Positions 36,891 to 51,372 of a stretch of 64,000 nt of DNA are shown piece by piece. The stretch spans positions 62,868,001-62,932,000 of the forward strand of contig CM060734.1 of assembly GCA_030704615.1 (NCBI GenBank). Direction: 5' to 3'. The translations under genes and the position numbers were made by a program. This DNA comes from Takakia lepidozioides. Its lineage: Eukaryota > Plantae > Bryophyta. The first letter of the stretch is position 1. Each line of letters begins with the position of its first letter. The notes under the pieces are model-generated. The model saw only the letters and a program-made list of their open reading frames with translations. It was not told where the DNA came from and did not search any database.

Positions 36891-39165
36891 AAAAAAAATG
36901 TTGGATTTCCATTCGCAACCAGCTATAGATTGCTTTCAAACTTCCCAACCATGTTAATCGTTTTATTCATCCAACAAAAGATTAATCCGATCAACATTAT
37001 AGCTTTTAGTATTGTTGCTAGATTTTTGACCATTAAAATAATTATACACATTTTTTTACCAACAATAAAAAAATATGTCAATTTATCCTTCGTCCAACCC
37101 TTTTACAAAATTAAATGGCAGGACCTACGTGTATGTCACGCCTTATTTATTTTGCATCATACTGTTTACTATATTTAGCATTTATTCAGTGGAATAGAAA
37201 TTAATAATCAGAATTTAGATTAGTAGTAAGTATAATTTGGGTAATGAGAACCCTAATCAGCACTCTAAGCACAGTGGAGTGCCTTAGAGCATTCTGGTGG
37301 GTTCAACCTCGAAACAAAGACGGCCATGTAACCAAACATGCCAGACCTGGGAAGGCCAAAGATTTCGAAGTTGACATGAACTTCAATGTTGGCGAGATGG
37401 TTGTTCAACACCGAGAAGTTCAAAAGTCAAGCAGGGCAAGTCGGACTCGTTAAGGTAACTGGCAAGTGAAGTAATGGATAATCTGTGATTGGAAAAACCC
37501 CTGGCATCCCATGCAGTAAAATGCCGTCTGGCTATGGCTTCCTTTCATAGATTACTTTTTTCTTCACTTCCTAGTCATCCGTGGCAGGGTGGATGCCAAC
37601 TCAGAGCAAAAGCCTAGCAATTTATGAAAGATGTGTAATCAAGGAGGTGTCGCGATGAGTGTTGTTGGGGATTCCCGGGCAGGCCTGGTGGGTAGGCTTT
37701 TGGGCTTTTCCAAGTATTGAGATGTCTCATCCTTGGTTTCTTTGAAGCTTCCGACTCTTCTGCTTGCAGGCAAGTCCATTGTGGTCACAAAGTCCTGAAG
37801 CAGGTGCCATAGCCTTCCCGCAGAGCCAGTCTCTGCCACTTGACAGATCACCATGAATGGTAGTGTCCTTGTACTGTGCAACCAATGGGTTGGGTCAGGA
37901 TTGGAAAAGGCTCTCTTTACAGCCTCCACTCTGCAGGCAACCTGCTGAAAGTCACACATAGCAACTTACTATGCAATACTTTTGCAACTACAGCTTGACA
38001 TGAACTACAATATAGATATTAGCTTTTAAGAACTTCAATTGCATTGTTGCCATTGTTCAAACGAAAATCTTGTTTCAGCCATTTGAGCAGAACTTATACA
38101 ATCGCTCAAAAGATTGGGCTCTTCTCAGAGCCTACTCAAAAGTCTAACTGATGGTCACTCACGACTGTTGGCCCTATGGCGGTACAGGTCATGCCATTTC
38201 TGAGAATTTCTTCGAAAAATTACACTTCAATGTACTAGGGAATGGACCCCACAAAGCCATTATGGTGGGGAAGCCACCTGTAGAATTTTGGTGAGCCCGG
38301 TAGGAAGATGTCTCTGCTATCCCAAGTGATCACCACGTTGGTTGGCTGTGGCAGAAGTTCAACGTCTATTTTGATGTGATCTGGCCTATGTGAAGACTGC
38401 CCATCTTGTATACGTGCACGTTTGGCTTGCGGAGTGGGAGGAATTGAACTGAATACATGCAGCTGCCTTGGTCTTAAATGTGTTGACCTCGGGCATCCAT
38501 GGATCCTATCAAGTATGTGCTCTGTGTTCACCATCATATTTGCTTCTCTCAGGTCTTGTGCAATTTCTTTGTGTATGGTCTGCATTTGTGTAGGTGAGAC
38601 ATTTGCGGTTGAACAGAAGGGAATCAACAGTTTAACTTGACTTATAGGACTCAAGCCATAGTAGGGAAATCACGTGCTACCAATTTCTTGAGAAAGCAAA
38701 TGAGTTGCTTGAATAAGGAGCAATTTGTTAGTGTAAAAGTTCTATTCCGTAGCTTGTTCACAAGTTGCTGAAATCTCCTTTGACATGTAACTAGATCCTA
38801 AAGACCTCTCCCTAATCTCCCAAACCATGAGTAATTTAAAAGAAAACATATCCCTCCTGAATGCTCTGCAATCCTTTTTGTGATCTCCTACCCGTGCACG
38901 CCATATACAGCAAAAACAAAAATGGGGAGTTTACATTTAATCACTTTATGACCGCCGATATGGATCTGTTGACTTGGTGCAAACCTCTAAGACTTCCGAT
39001 CCTGAGTGAGGAATACCCCTTTCGAGATGGCTGTGCAAGATAGGCAGTCAATAGCCCATTCCACTCCTCTGAGAAAATAAGAAACTGCTCCGACAATGAC
39101 TGCAGGCGCCGGTTCTGGGACATTTGAACAACGAGAGTGGGCTCAGCCAGTACAACTTGCATCTC

Positions 39166-42100
39166 ATGTCAAAGATTGGGAAACTGACGGCCCACCTCCG
39201 ATCCAGTTTCACTCGAATTGGGGTGACAGCGAGACCCGTGTCTATGGCGGGCCATCGTCTTGCTTGCTACGCATGCAGCTCGCCATCTTTCTCTTCTACA
39301 TCTGCCCCTGCCTCCTCCCCACTCTTCCACATATCTGAGAACTGTCGTCTTTCTCATTTGGTGCGTGCACGGGCTTTGCTGCTATGGCTGTCAAGTCAAG
39401 GCCCAGCGTACCCTCTGTGCTGTACAAGTGCTGGGTATGATGGCGATGCCGGACGCAAACCTGCAAGGCTGGCACAGAAGCAGAAAACGCTTGAGGACCT
39501 GGCTGAGTACGTCAATGTTGATGAACCTGTTCCCCAAGTCACTTTAGGTGTGAGCTTACCACCACTTCTGGATATTGCACTTTTGTTTGAAGATGTTCAC
39601 TTTACCTGGACGGGTGGGTGCAGAGCACGTGAACGTGAGTTTCGCAAGGAGTGGGGGTCCCGGAGGTCAGAATGTTAATAAAGGTGATCTCTCTCACTAA
39701 GTCACTCATGTGTCCCTTGAGCCCTTTGTTTCTTGAAATAGTTTCTTCTTATTCTACTTCAAAGGCTGCTACATTTCGTTGGGTGGTTTTCCTATATGCC
39801 ATAGTAGATGACTGTTCTTTTGTTTATTTCTCGACATTGTGTATTTTTACTGCTACCCCTCCTTGGCCACCTTATTGAGTCTTTTGTTGTCTTTTGGAAA
39901 TCAGAGCATTGAATGTTTAATAAAAAATGTACTCATAAGACATTGTTTGCCGTAGCCTTGTGGCCATTGACCCTGCGCCCAGTTTGAGCAGAAACCAAAG
40001 GGACAGAACCTACCTCTGTCAGGGGCTGACGTTGGTAGTAAGACTTACCTTGATACATAGAATTGATCCGGATTTTCCAGATATCCTCTAGAAATCCCTT
40101 CACACAAGCATCAATCTGCTGTGTGTGATTTGCCCAAAAACTAGGCCTCAGAAGGGCATGGGCTTTTGGCTCAGCCTCGAGACTTTCAAAGTTGGTAAAC
40201 AGAGGTACAGGCACAATTCCCTTGATAGATATTGAAGAGAGCGTCTCTTTGGTGAGAGAACCCCGGACAGTGTATCAGAAAATGAATACTGTCTTCAGGT
40301 TGCCCACACAACGGGCAATTGCACTCTCCCTTTCCTCTCTGCTTCTGTTTGCTGTTCAAAGGTAGGCTTCCTGCCCTGAGTTTAAATTTCAGTCTAGTGC
40401 CGAGAGTGGGTAGACCCTTGAGGTCATCCAAGATGTCCTCCCCCATGTCACAGACTGGAAACAAGTTCAGGGAAGTTTTCTGCTAACTTCATTTTCATCA
40501 GCCAATTTCATGGCAACAGACATGGCTTTGGACACTACAGCCTCTAAGTCAGATTTATCCAGCAGTGTCAAGACTTGCGGATCCAGATCCAGGTCCTTGA
40601 GAATCTCTTCTACTCTCTTCTGCCAGGACTTAGCCTGTTTGACAGGGCAGTCCTGTTTCCAAGATATAGAGTCGACTAACTTAGGATAATGTTTAATATT
40701 CAAAGGCTTTGATAGAGCCCATCCCTCAAAGGGTCCACAGATCCACAGGGGAAGAGGTTTAAACTCTCATTTACGCAGGCTTTGGTTGGCGTCATCTCTC
40801 TCTCTTCAAAGTCTCAATGTAGGGGGTGGGTTGGAGCAGTGAACACAAAGGTGGACATGCGTTTCAAAGTTATGGAGGCAAACTGGCTGCCAGAGAGAAT
40901 TAGGTTGAAGCTGCTGCAAACGGTCTGTGCGTGCCAGCTCGAAGCTGTCCAATGTGCGCCTTATTGTCTTTCTTTTCCTGCACAAAACACATACAGAGAT
41001 ATGGACGGAAGATACCCCTCAACAAGCAGAGAATAAGATCTTATCCTCTCCCATCTCCATGCCTAGAAAGCAAACTCTACATTGTCGATAACCTGTCTCG
41101 TGTCATCATGGGTACAGTGAACTTAATTTTTCAAATGCAGGCTGAACCTCTTAGATCTGCTGATCTCTTAAGACTATCGAGTGTATGATTTGCAATCTGA
41201 TATTATGCTTGCAGCTAGATGTGAATGCGAACCGAATCAACAGTGAGGGAGAGCTAGTGGTATCATCAACCAGGACCAGGACCCAGAAGTATGTCATCTT
41301 TGCTCTTTTAGCTGGTGCAGTTGTGTCAACACTTGTAGCTGCAGAATATCACAGAACCTTCTGCAGACATACTCTGTTGTGAGTACATTCTGTCAAGCCA
41401 GCGTAGGCCATCTCCAGAATAATCACTTCACCTCTATATCCTTCTAGCTAATGGTTTACTTGTCTCGCATACCACTTAAAGCCCCAAACATTTCCACAGG
41501 TCATCCAAAGATTCTCATGTCGCTTGCCAGGCAGAAGTGGATAGTGTTAGTTTGTAGAATACTGCACTTCCTTCTCTTTCAACTTTGCTTTCAAACTAGT
41601 AGTGAGATGGTGCTTATGAAATTGTTGTTCATTTCTGTGGAACAGGGGAAACATAGAAGATGCGTTGTGCAAAATACAAGTAAGCATGCAGCTCTCTGTG
41701 TCCCTCAAACCCTCCATTTGTCATGGCCATGTGTAAGTGCTAGTAGGGGCCATGGTGTTTCCACCATGGTGTATGTCAACATTTTTCCTGTTTGAATTGT
41801 AATCTGAAGCTCAATGCAGACACAGTTCAAGTATAATCATCCGTTTATTGGGCAAGCCTTGGGATTCTTTTCCTCCGCAACCATGTCTAGCTTCTTGTAC
41901 TCTAAGAAAGGAAATGAGGGACATAGAGAAGTCAATTCCAGATTTTCTAGATGATGTGCAATTATTTGGATACAGGAACTGATCACAGCTGCAGCTTACG
42001 TACCTCCCCCACCCTCAGACGAGAAAATTAAACGCATCAACAAACTGTGAGCTCCCTCATTCCAACCTCCACCATCTCACATTTGTTTCCCAACATTCAT

Positions 42101-42562
42101 GAGTTCAAGAAGGTTCTCCAATTTTAACGAAGGATACAATATAACTCAATATGCCATCACGTTCTTTAGTAACCTTCTCAGTTTCTCAACACCAAACAAT
42201 TGTGATAAAAGATAAGCCTAGTAGACTTGTCTTCTGGTGTATGCTTGCAGAGAGTGACCTGCTGGGACAAGACTTGTCTCCACATGTTCCATGGAAGTTC
42301 CCTTCTCTCTGGCAATATTTGACCAGATTAGATGGGTTATTGGTGCAGGTAACTTCTACATTTTCCTATTTTACTGGCCATGAAGATACTGGACAAGTAA
42401 TCAATTTGTCTATTAATCGGGCCAATGTACATGGTGGAGTGCTGACTTAGGGTGGTGTTGGGTGAGGCCAGGGCTAAGATTGAAAATGAGAGACGGTTGC
42501 AAGACAAGAAACGGGCAGGATCTAAGAAGTCCGAACGCCGTAACAAAGGCAGCTGGGATTGA
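39166..42562 (+). CDS. ICT1: ICT1/ArfB(YaeJ)-type codon-independent peptidyl-tRNA hydrolase (organellar ribosome rescue); exons 39166(or 39244)-39547, 39624-39683, 40840-40922, 41215-41288, 41646-41679, 41976-42046, 42472-42562
   Basis: Spliced VSFARSGGPGGQNVNK|VNTKVDMRF..WLPERIR..NRINSEGELVVSSTRTRTQK|GNIEDAL..Q|..AAAYVPPPPSDEK..L|A..ERRLQDKK..SKKSERR..WD*. Ser/Arg-rich transit-peptide-like N-terminus. Confidence 0.92.
39928..40692 (-). mobile_element. 5'-truncated copy of the 8011-9095 non-LTR family in ICT1 intron 2
   Basis: Near-identical to 8108-8870, with two frameshifts. Confidence 0.9.
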
Positions 42563-45089
42563 GTCCCTCCGAGTTCTATTTAGTGCAGCAAACTAGCCTA
42601 CTTCCGTTAGGAAGCTCAGTGCTTGTTCTGGGCAATGTCATGGAAATAGCCGAATATTGGCAGGATCAATATGTAACACATCAATCATTGCATCGTTGCT
42701 TTTCAAGTGTTGGAGCCCTGACTATGGATGGTGATAATAGAAATGGGTCATTCTTGGTCTGTTGAATAGAGGTGACCAGTCCATGTTCATTTTTGTGTTT
42801 GTACTGCCTGCCTCTATAGTAGACGCATTCAAAATATGTAATATGCCTTTGCCCCCTCTGTCTGTCTGTCTTGGAGGGCACTATCAATTTTGGCTGCTTA
42901 TGACAGCACCGGCTTAGTTTTTGGTATGTGATCTGTTATATTGGTCTTCCTTCTCTCCTGGGTTATGGTCTTCATTCTCTCCTGGGGTAAGTTGAGATAG
43001 GTCATTCAAGTGAATGGTTGAGACTTTGTTGCTCTTTTCCTGTATGCCTTTCTAGCAGCTACAGCCTGCATAATGGGCCCCTCCTCTTCCCCCTAGCTGG
43101 TGTGTCACCATAGAGTTCAATCAAGCAGTACCACACAATTCCTGGATTGGCAAGTTGGGAAACATGCATTTTGAGGATTGTGTTGGTAATGTTCACCTCT
43201 GAACTTAGATTAAGAGGATTAACATTTCCAACTCTTGAAAATTTCTCGAAGGATTCTTTTCAAACATTTTCAAAACCGTCCCTGGCCTTACCTTCATCAT
43301 AAGAGTAAGAGGAAGAGAGAGAGAGGAGGGGGCTGTGATGCCAAAGATGCCATTCTTATAATGAAGTTAAGTCCCACTACTGGAGTGAGCCCCTCAAGAA
43401 GATAGTTAACATTTCTTCTTGTTCCATCCAAACTGGGTGCGGGCTCTATGACCACAATGCTAGGGGGAGGGGGGAGGGGGGGGGGGGGGGGGGGTGGGGG
43501 GTTATGGCTGCGCAATGATGCAAGCAGGAGAGCGCCTGAGCACGCTGCCACCCCTGCTTCTAACACTAATCTAATTTTTGCGTGGAGTGCATACGCCATA
43601 GACGAGGGTGCAGTCCTCAGCGGAGCTCCGTCCTCCTCGTCTTGCTACTCTACAGCGTAATTGCAGCAGACTGAACTCAATCGTAACACACAACAGATTG
43701 TTTGGAATTCAATACAAAGTGAAGCGTCCACGCTTAAGCTGTAGACTCTAGAGCTTTGTTGTGATGATAACTAGGTGCAGGCTGAGTCCAGGCTAACTTA
43801 TGAGCATCTCAAAGTTGTGCAAAAAGTTGGAACACCCAAAACCGCAAGGGAAAGTGGGAGTAAGGACCCAAAACAAAATTTCAAATGCAGGGAGTACGGA
43901 ACAATGTGACACTGGGAATAGCCCTGGAAATCACAGTGAATTTTCTTGCCTTTGAAATTCCTGGGGCTAGTTGTACTATCTCCTCTCTTTTCAGTTTTGC
44001 ATCCCGACGCCTTGACACTTTCTGCGCATAGGCTTCTGCTCTTCGCTTGAACGCTGTCTGTGTTGTTTCTTGACGTGCTGGTCCCAGGGTGTTCCAACCT
44101 TCTGGCATCGAGGGTTTTAATCTTTTTCCCTCACTTTCATTTAGAAAATGTCTTCATTTCGAAATAGAATTCCTCGGATTCTAATCGTCACAAGTACAAA
44201 AACAGCCTGATGAAAAGCCCTCGCTGCCCAATTCCTCTTCCTTGCGTCTCTGATCGGGAACAGGGATGGCAGCATGCTTCGGTGCTCTCATGAAAGCGGT
44301 ACTATTCCCCAGACCTTGTCACATGTAGCTGTGATCGGGCGGGAGGCCTCACTCCATGCAGCAGATTGAAGGGCCAGGTAGCGGAGCTGAATTGGGCATG
44401 CACCCTAGCAATGTCAGGCCCAAAAGCCTTGAAACCGATGGCTGAGACGCCACCCCAGCCGGCAGGTGACTGGAAGAAAGGTATGGACACGTAAGTCTGT
44501 TCGTATCATATAACGTCTCTAAACTGTGTGCTTCGAAGCGATACTGGATTCCAACAGTGCTTGAGCCATCCCAGCACCCACTACAACCATTCGGTAGAAG
44601 ACGTCACTTCTTTTACGATGGCTGCAGAGGACTAGGTGAGTGTATCGACACCCTTGACCTCCGTCCATCAGTTACTTTAGTACATCTCTCCAAAACTTCT
44701 CCTTTGCTACATTATGGTTTGCTTGGGGCGCCGGATAGCCCGAAGTTGCAACAAGTGCAGTATGTTGAGCTCACTAGTCAGTGTGAAGGCTAGTTACCAT
44801 GCTTCTGACACGCATTTCGGTGTCTCTGTAGCAATGACCTGGCACGGCTCGCGGAGGTGGGGCAGCGCTCCACCTCCCCGCTGACCTCTCTGCTCGATTC
44901 CTCCCCCCGGAAGCGATTGGCGAGGCCGCAGGATGAGTTGCTGAAACAAAAGAGAGGACCAAAATAAAAAATATATATTTTTCCCGTTAGCTATGACTAA
45001 TTTTTAGGGATCCGATATTTCTCCCCCTATTTCCCTTCCTAATCGCCCTCTTTTTAGCGCTCCTTCTGTTCTGTCCTTTCTGCTATCTT

Positions 45090-46400
45090 AGCTATGGCCG
45101 CGAGTGTGTTTCTACTCGAAGAGATGTTAAGCTCGGATGCCACCGCGTTGATCTCAAGCTCCTACACCCCCACTACCGTTGCCTTCTGGCGCTGCTTTTG
45201 AGCCTGCTCTTGCTGGATTCTAAGGTGTATTCACTTCCAGTTCCATTATGAATTTTTTGAGACTCGCTTCTCTGACCACGATGGTGGGCGCACCTCACTC
45301 TATCGGCCTCTGCATCAACTGATTACTACGCATCACGCCGTTACCAACGCCCTTCAAGCCTCTGATGGCTGGCTCGCTCTTCATTATCAGCGACCTTTAC
45401 AACTTTTGCTACTTCACGACTGGAATACCTGGCAACAACCCCTACTGTACCAACAGACATGTTTACTCAAGAGAAACAAACAAGGCCCACAAGGTTCCTC
45501 CTTATCACCCTCTTTATACACGCTATTGGTTCCACACTATCATACTCCTGAGGCTGCACGTCTGCACGGACTCTACCAACCTGGTAGAGCTACAACGGAC
45601 CCCCCCCCATCACTACTCTCTACTCCCGCCAGTGTACGTCTGGCTTCCCTGCTTATTACCCGGCTATGGGCTCCTAAATCTCTACTGCCAGAGGCAGTAT
45701 CTCCTGGAATGGCTGGACCCGCCCACATTACAACACACCAGTGCCGCCAGAGCCTTCCTCCCTGCCCAACCTCATCGCAGTTTTGACATGGTGAAAATCT
45801 GCATGCAACACGTCCAGCACCATACTCTCCGGGTCAGACCCTCTAGCTGGTTCAACAGGTGGATCTTCCCGGCTCCTCCTCAAGACAACCAAAACACACA
45901 GGTTATGCCAGTACCACCCATATGCCTAAGTTATTATTTGTTCCTTGTTCATAACCCTCCCACAAACAGATTTAATTCCCAACCTATACACCCCTTCGCC
46001 CACCCACAAACTGCACCATTCCTGTACACACTGAAAATACCAGCCATCGGTTCACATAAACTAATCCCTCTTCCCACCAGGTGGGTTTTTATGCCCACCC
46101 CCTTAAGACCGAGGACCTTCGAGTCTTGGTCAATCCCAGGGACTCATACTAGGCGCACTCACATTTCGTTTCCAAATACATGTCCCCCTGCCCCCCCTCA
46201 TTCATATTCTACTCACCCAATCCACCATATAACCCAATACCTTTCCTCTTAACCTGGGCACCCCCTCTATCAATAATGACAAGTGCCCAAAATAATCATG
46301 TGATATACAAGGGGTACCTTCATCACACTCCCATTCAGCTGCCGCCACATCCCTTCACATAATCTTCTCACACTCCCAGCCCAAGCTTATTTAGTCACAT
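45090..46400 (+). other. C-rich decayed coding-like segment, probably retroelement-derived
   Basis: Long overlapping ORFs and strong strand skew. PQGSSLSPSLY resembles an RT motif, but no YxDD follows. Confidence 0.25.
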
Positions 46401-47649
46401 TCATGGTGCGCCAGCAGCCACACCAGCGTTTTTTTTATTGGCGAATTTTCACCATTTGACCGCCTAAAAATCCCCTTGGCGAATGAAACAAATGCATGCA
46501 AGCCCTGCCCTCTAGTAATTATGAATAGATAGTAAAAATCTGGAAGATCACGCAGTGTTTATTAATAAATATCGCGGTAATAGGATTTGAGCCCTGAATC
46601 ACCCGAGTGGCACGCAGGATAATATCTTCAGTTATGGCATGCACAAGAAGTTGAACTCCAGACCTACAGACCATGAAATTGTTCATCCACAGCATGTCAT
46701 TCATTACAAATATGAACAAAATGTCCTGGTGGCAATTGTCTCGATGGAATTGGAAGAGTAAATCGAAGAAAAAAGAAAAGAAAGAAAAGCGGCAATGCGT
46801 CAAAAGCGGCTGCACCCTTTGCGTAGTTCTGCCTTGAGAAGGCAAGGCCAACAAAGGGAAAAAGACGTCCAAATAAGGCAGTTTTTGCCAAAAGTTGGGG
46901 GGTCTCAAAAAGGTCCTCGCCCCTAGGAGCACAAATTGTCGCCATGGTGGCCCCATGCAGGATGATCTGACGGGCCAGATGAGGAGTGGGCTTAGGGCTC
47001 TAGGGCCTCCTCAGTTTCCGTGGAGATGCTCGTCCCCTCTCTTGCCCTACGCGCAGGTAAAGCTTTGAGCTTTGAGTTTGTGGTAATGGGCACATACCAC
47101 CTCAGAAGTGGTTTTGGGTTCAATCCACAGATTGGTGTCACAAAGGTGTCCACCTTCCTAGCGGAAGGCACTAACCCTTTGGGAGGGACACCATAATTTA
47201 CACTTCCATCAGGAGGCGTCAAATATTTAATATATTTATTTTTTGGCTTTCAATTATTTCTGTATTTTTTAATTCAATTTAGCATTTTGTACTTCGCCTT
47301 CCATTGCTCCTCAACATCCATTTGATTCGCAGAATACCCCAAGAGTGGAAATACATGTAGCATACCAATTCGAGGAAAATTACCTAGAGTGGGCCACTTG
47401 CACTACCATTCAAAATCCTTAAAAAAACACTGAGCCTCACCTCTCCTCAGAAGCAGCCTCTTTATTCAGATCATTCACATGTATACTTATTAGAATGTTG
47501 GGTCACTGGATCTCAGCAGACATAAACGTTTAATGCCCAACCCCCTGGCGCTTCCTCCCATGCGGATTACCTACTCCTCAACTTGTGCATGCTAGCACCC
47601 ATCTCGAGCGGGGGAGGCACAATAAATCTTATTTACGTCAACACAACAG

Positions 47650-48454
47650 CTTGGCCCTTACAAAGAACGAGGGTATGTTAGGGTCTATAAGTGTAGGATT
47701 GTTGGCGATTTGCGAATAGCGTATAGTTGGGAGCTAGCGGGAAAAACACTCAAGGCCAAAAACTCGGAAATTTTGCTGAGGCAACATAACGACGAGTGTT
47801 TGGCAGTGAAGTTCCAGAATGCGGATGTTTTCACATATTTTGCTATGAATGCACGTGAGGTAGAGGGTTACACTCACTGGTGGAATGGGGGGACATCACG
47901 CGAGATCTTCAACCTTGACAGAAAATGGGGAAGTGATTGGGACAACAGGGAAATTGTGAGACAAAGAGGAAATGAACAAAAACACGAGGAAGTTGATCGT
48001 TTGCTTAATTCCGGAGAGAGCGCAGTAAATTTGCATGGGCACTGGTGAGCATCATAGATGTTGTCCATAAGAACCATGTCATGCACAACGACTTCTCCCC
48101 CGACAACATCTTGTTGCATTTTCCACATGGCACCGAGGAGGTTAAGATTGGGGATTGATCACCTCATCGGAGATACGTAAAATCTCATTGTACCAATTTG
48201 AAAACAAATACAAGATGGAGCGGGAACTCCCGAAAAGATGGTGGATGAAACACGACATTGCACCGGGTTTTAGTGCGAGAAACAATCTGCCCACCCAGGA
48301 CATGACATCGGAGGCCTTTGCCATTGGGAAGATAGCGATAAAAATGCACTTAAAGAGCCAAATAAACCACTCGCTGAACCTAGAATTGATTTTCGAACAT
48401 CCGAAGGTCGCATGTACCCATGCATTATTTATGGATCCATGCCTCTCATGGTAG
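47650..48454 (+). pseudogene. Intronless atypical protein kinase pseudogene
   Basis: GYVRVYKCRI..ELAGK (subdomains I-II), WWNGGT; after a frameshift VHKNHVMHNDFSPDNILLHFP..VKIGD* (catalytic loop), then IAP..TSEAFAIGK. Confidence 0.7.
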
Positions 48455-50717
48455 CGTCGCAAATCTGTAATGATGTGTAAAACACTTGTTGTCTAACTCC
48501 TATGGACCTATTGTAATTTTTATTAACATACAGCGTATTCTGTTGTACCCTACCGGAAATATTGGAACATTACAACATACAAACTGTGACATAGTACACG
48601 GCCTATTGCGTTGAAATGACATCTCTGAAGCTCGAGCATATGCAATCTAGTATTTACAACACAACTTTATTTACTCGGGGGACCGGTACTGCTGCTGGAG
48701 CGCAACTAATGGTGTAAGTGCTTTATTGATTGGAGCTGTCACAACCACTTCAAAAATCTTATTTACGTAACATCTTGAAGGTGTTTGATGCTATGATGTC
48801 TCGAACAATGTTACGAGTCACGACTGGCGTTGGCAACGAATGGCTTAGCTCAGTTTCAACTTTGAAAATGACATGGAATCTTTTGGGTTGGGAACGGTTT
48901 GTTCACAATGCTAAAAAAATTATCGCGATAGACCCATGAGCGCTCCAACAGAGCTGGGTGCAAAACGTGCAAGCTTTGAATCCATGGTTGGAGGGACGTC
49001 GTTGTGTTCGATTGCATGAGAACAAGGGGGAGAAAATGGCATTGAAGATCTGAAATACGCCGCTCCGCAAGATCCAATAAGACTAAAATTAGTGATAAGA
49101 AAAAATTATCCATTGCACAACACCACAGAATTGATGTCCCCTCATCTTTTTCTGTAGTGTTGTGTAATGGAGAAAGTTGTTTGGACATTAATGCAAGTCT
49201 TACTTGACCTTGGAGGGCAACGTCTTTCGGAACTTCAATGTCTTTTCCTCCTCCTTGTTCCCGTGCAATTGAAACAGTGACATCTCTCCATCATTCATCG
49301 GTCATTCATCCATAACGACCTTGTTTGTATGCATGTTATACTAGCCACTATCCGCAATAATAGGTCCTCTAAGCCAAACATGTGTTCGCGGTTATAGGTG
49401 AGCAGATCCTGAAGCGTGAGCAGAATTCTGCTCACGGAATTTTCTGCTCACGGTTTAGCAATCCCCGGGCTGGGCTCACCGGCGAAAGAGAGGGAATGGC
49501 AAGGTCCATGAGACTAGTGAAGATTTTATCGCTTGAAGGCGGATCTTCTTCCGAGCGCATGTTCCTTTGGGCATACTGGATTTCTTCTATCAACAGCATG
49601 TACCAACATCATAGACAGCCGAAAGGAATTTTCTATTGCCAAAATCTCCAAAATCTTCAGGAACCTGCTTCCCAGCCAACCAAGTCAAAGAGGAGGAGGA
49701 GCTACCATGCATCTTCAGATCAGACAGGGGATTGTCAGAAGGAGCTAAATGTTATAGTTGCCTGAGGTAGACTAATGCAGGAAAGAGCAAAAGAAGATAG
49801 GAGTATCATAAGTAAGAGTGAGGTGAGGAAGATAATGAAGGAAGATACTGTGGATTTTGGACAAGATGACATCTATCTCTTTCCCTTCAGTCAGGGATTG
49901 GATATCTTTAGGGAAAATCCAGGAGCCAATGAAAGTATGACTGGCAGAAGCTAGAATGGCCAGGGAGCCTTCAGAAAAGCCAAACACCACTGGTGTGATA
50001 TGAATACCAACAGAGTCCGGACCATCTGGCGAGGGATCATCGGAAATTCCTAGTATTTCAAAAGACTTAAGCCTGCTGCAGAATGCTCCCAAGTTTTCTA
50101 GTTCACCAACTCCTAGCCTGTAGATGACCGCCTCTGCTCTGGAATGAGCAATCTTAGCAACAGGCGAGTTCAGAAATTCCCTTGGGCAGAAAGTGTGATG
50201 GGTGATGGGTGTAGATATCACCCTTTGTTAGGGGGCTTGGCTTTTGGAGAAGAGCCTTCAGGAGATACAACAGCCGCCTTCAACCTCATGTCTCTCAAAT
50301 TCCTTTGATCTGCTGTCACAGAAGGAGAAGCCAAATTAGGAACGGGCTGGCATTTTTGTTCAAGGGATAGTCGACCTTAAAATCATAGATGACAGAGAAC
50401 ACTCAAGTATTCTTCTAGCACAGACACAGTAATAAAAGAGTTGTCCAATGTCGGGAGCTTGAGAGAAGGTTCGATTTTTGAGAGTTCTGCATCCAAACAA
50501 CGATCTTCAGGACCTCGGAATCCCAAGTGTGATCGAAGTTAGCCTCCGAGTCAATACTAATGGGTTCCGAGTTATTGAAATCATTGACATTCATCGAACC
50601 CATATATGCTCCGAAAAAGGCTCCAATCTCAGGCAGGGAGCGGAGGTAGTTGCCAAGAAGAAACGGAAGAGCTTGGACTCTAGGTTTGCAGGAATTTTTG
50701 AAATAAAAAAATAAAAA

Positions 50718-51372
50718 CAACCGCAATACTGGCAGTCGCTTTATTTTAAGAAATACAAAAAGATTGAAAGCGACTGCCACTGTGCTATTCAGCTGATAAA
50801 TGCACAGTGTATTGCCCTGGTGGTTCAAGATTTGAACCCGCTGCACATGACCGGTTGGTCTGGTGGTGATGTTTCCATCCTGTGTGCTCAATGGCTTATC
50901 TGAAAGAGGGTTAATTTTTTCCCCTCCTTAAGGGCCTGAATTGTGAGCAGTCGCTCCCAGGTTTCATTTATTTTAAAAAATTAAGAAAATAAAAGCGACT
51001 GCAACTTTGGCGGTCGCTTCATATTAAGAAGAGAAAAGCGACCGCACTATTGGCGGTCGCTCCAAAATAAATTAATTTTAGGAAACAAAATACAAGCTGA
51101 ATCGCTGAATTTAAAAAAATCAAAAGTTAAAGCGACCACCATGATGGCGGTCGCTTCAATTTTTTGAAAAAAAACATTTAATGCGACCGCAATATTGGCG
51201 GTCGCGTTTATTTTACAAAATCAAAGAAGATAAAAACGATCGCAATATTGGCGGTCGCTTGTGTTTTAGAAAATAAACAAAATAATGACCGCAATATTAG
51301 CGGTCGTTTCATTTTAAAATTATAACAAAATATGGTTGTACTGCCCATTTCAGGTAGTCACTATTGGTCGGT
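50718..51372. repeat. Cluster of ~11 palindromic GCGACCGC-N7-GCGGTCGC motifs in A-rich spacers (probable DNA-transposon subterminal repeats)
   Basis: e.g. gcgaccgcaatattggcggtcgc at 51183. Another copy lies at ~59811-59833. Confidence 0.8.

Noticed and set aside
37230-38860. Minus-strand ORFs of 106 and 139 aa
   Set aside because: No motif recognised; probably a decayed repeat.
43297-44960. Small ORFs including a poly-Pro/poly-Gly one
   Set aside because: Driven by a G homopolymer, with no coherent gene structure or homology.
50718-51372. CRISPR-like array of palindromic repeats with variable spacers
   Set aside because: Eukaryotic context, no cas genes, and spacers are low-complexity, A-rich and irregular in length. 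Better explained as transposon subterminal repeats.
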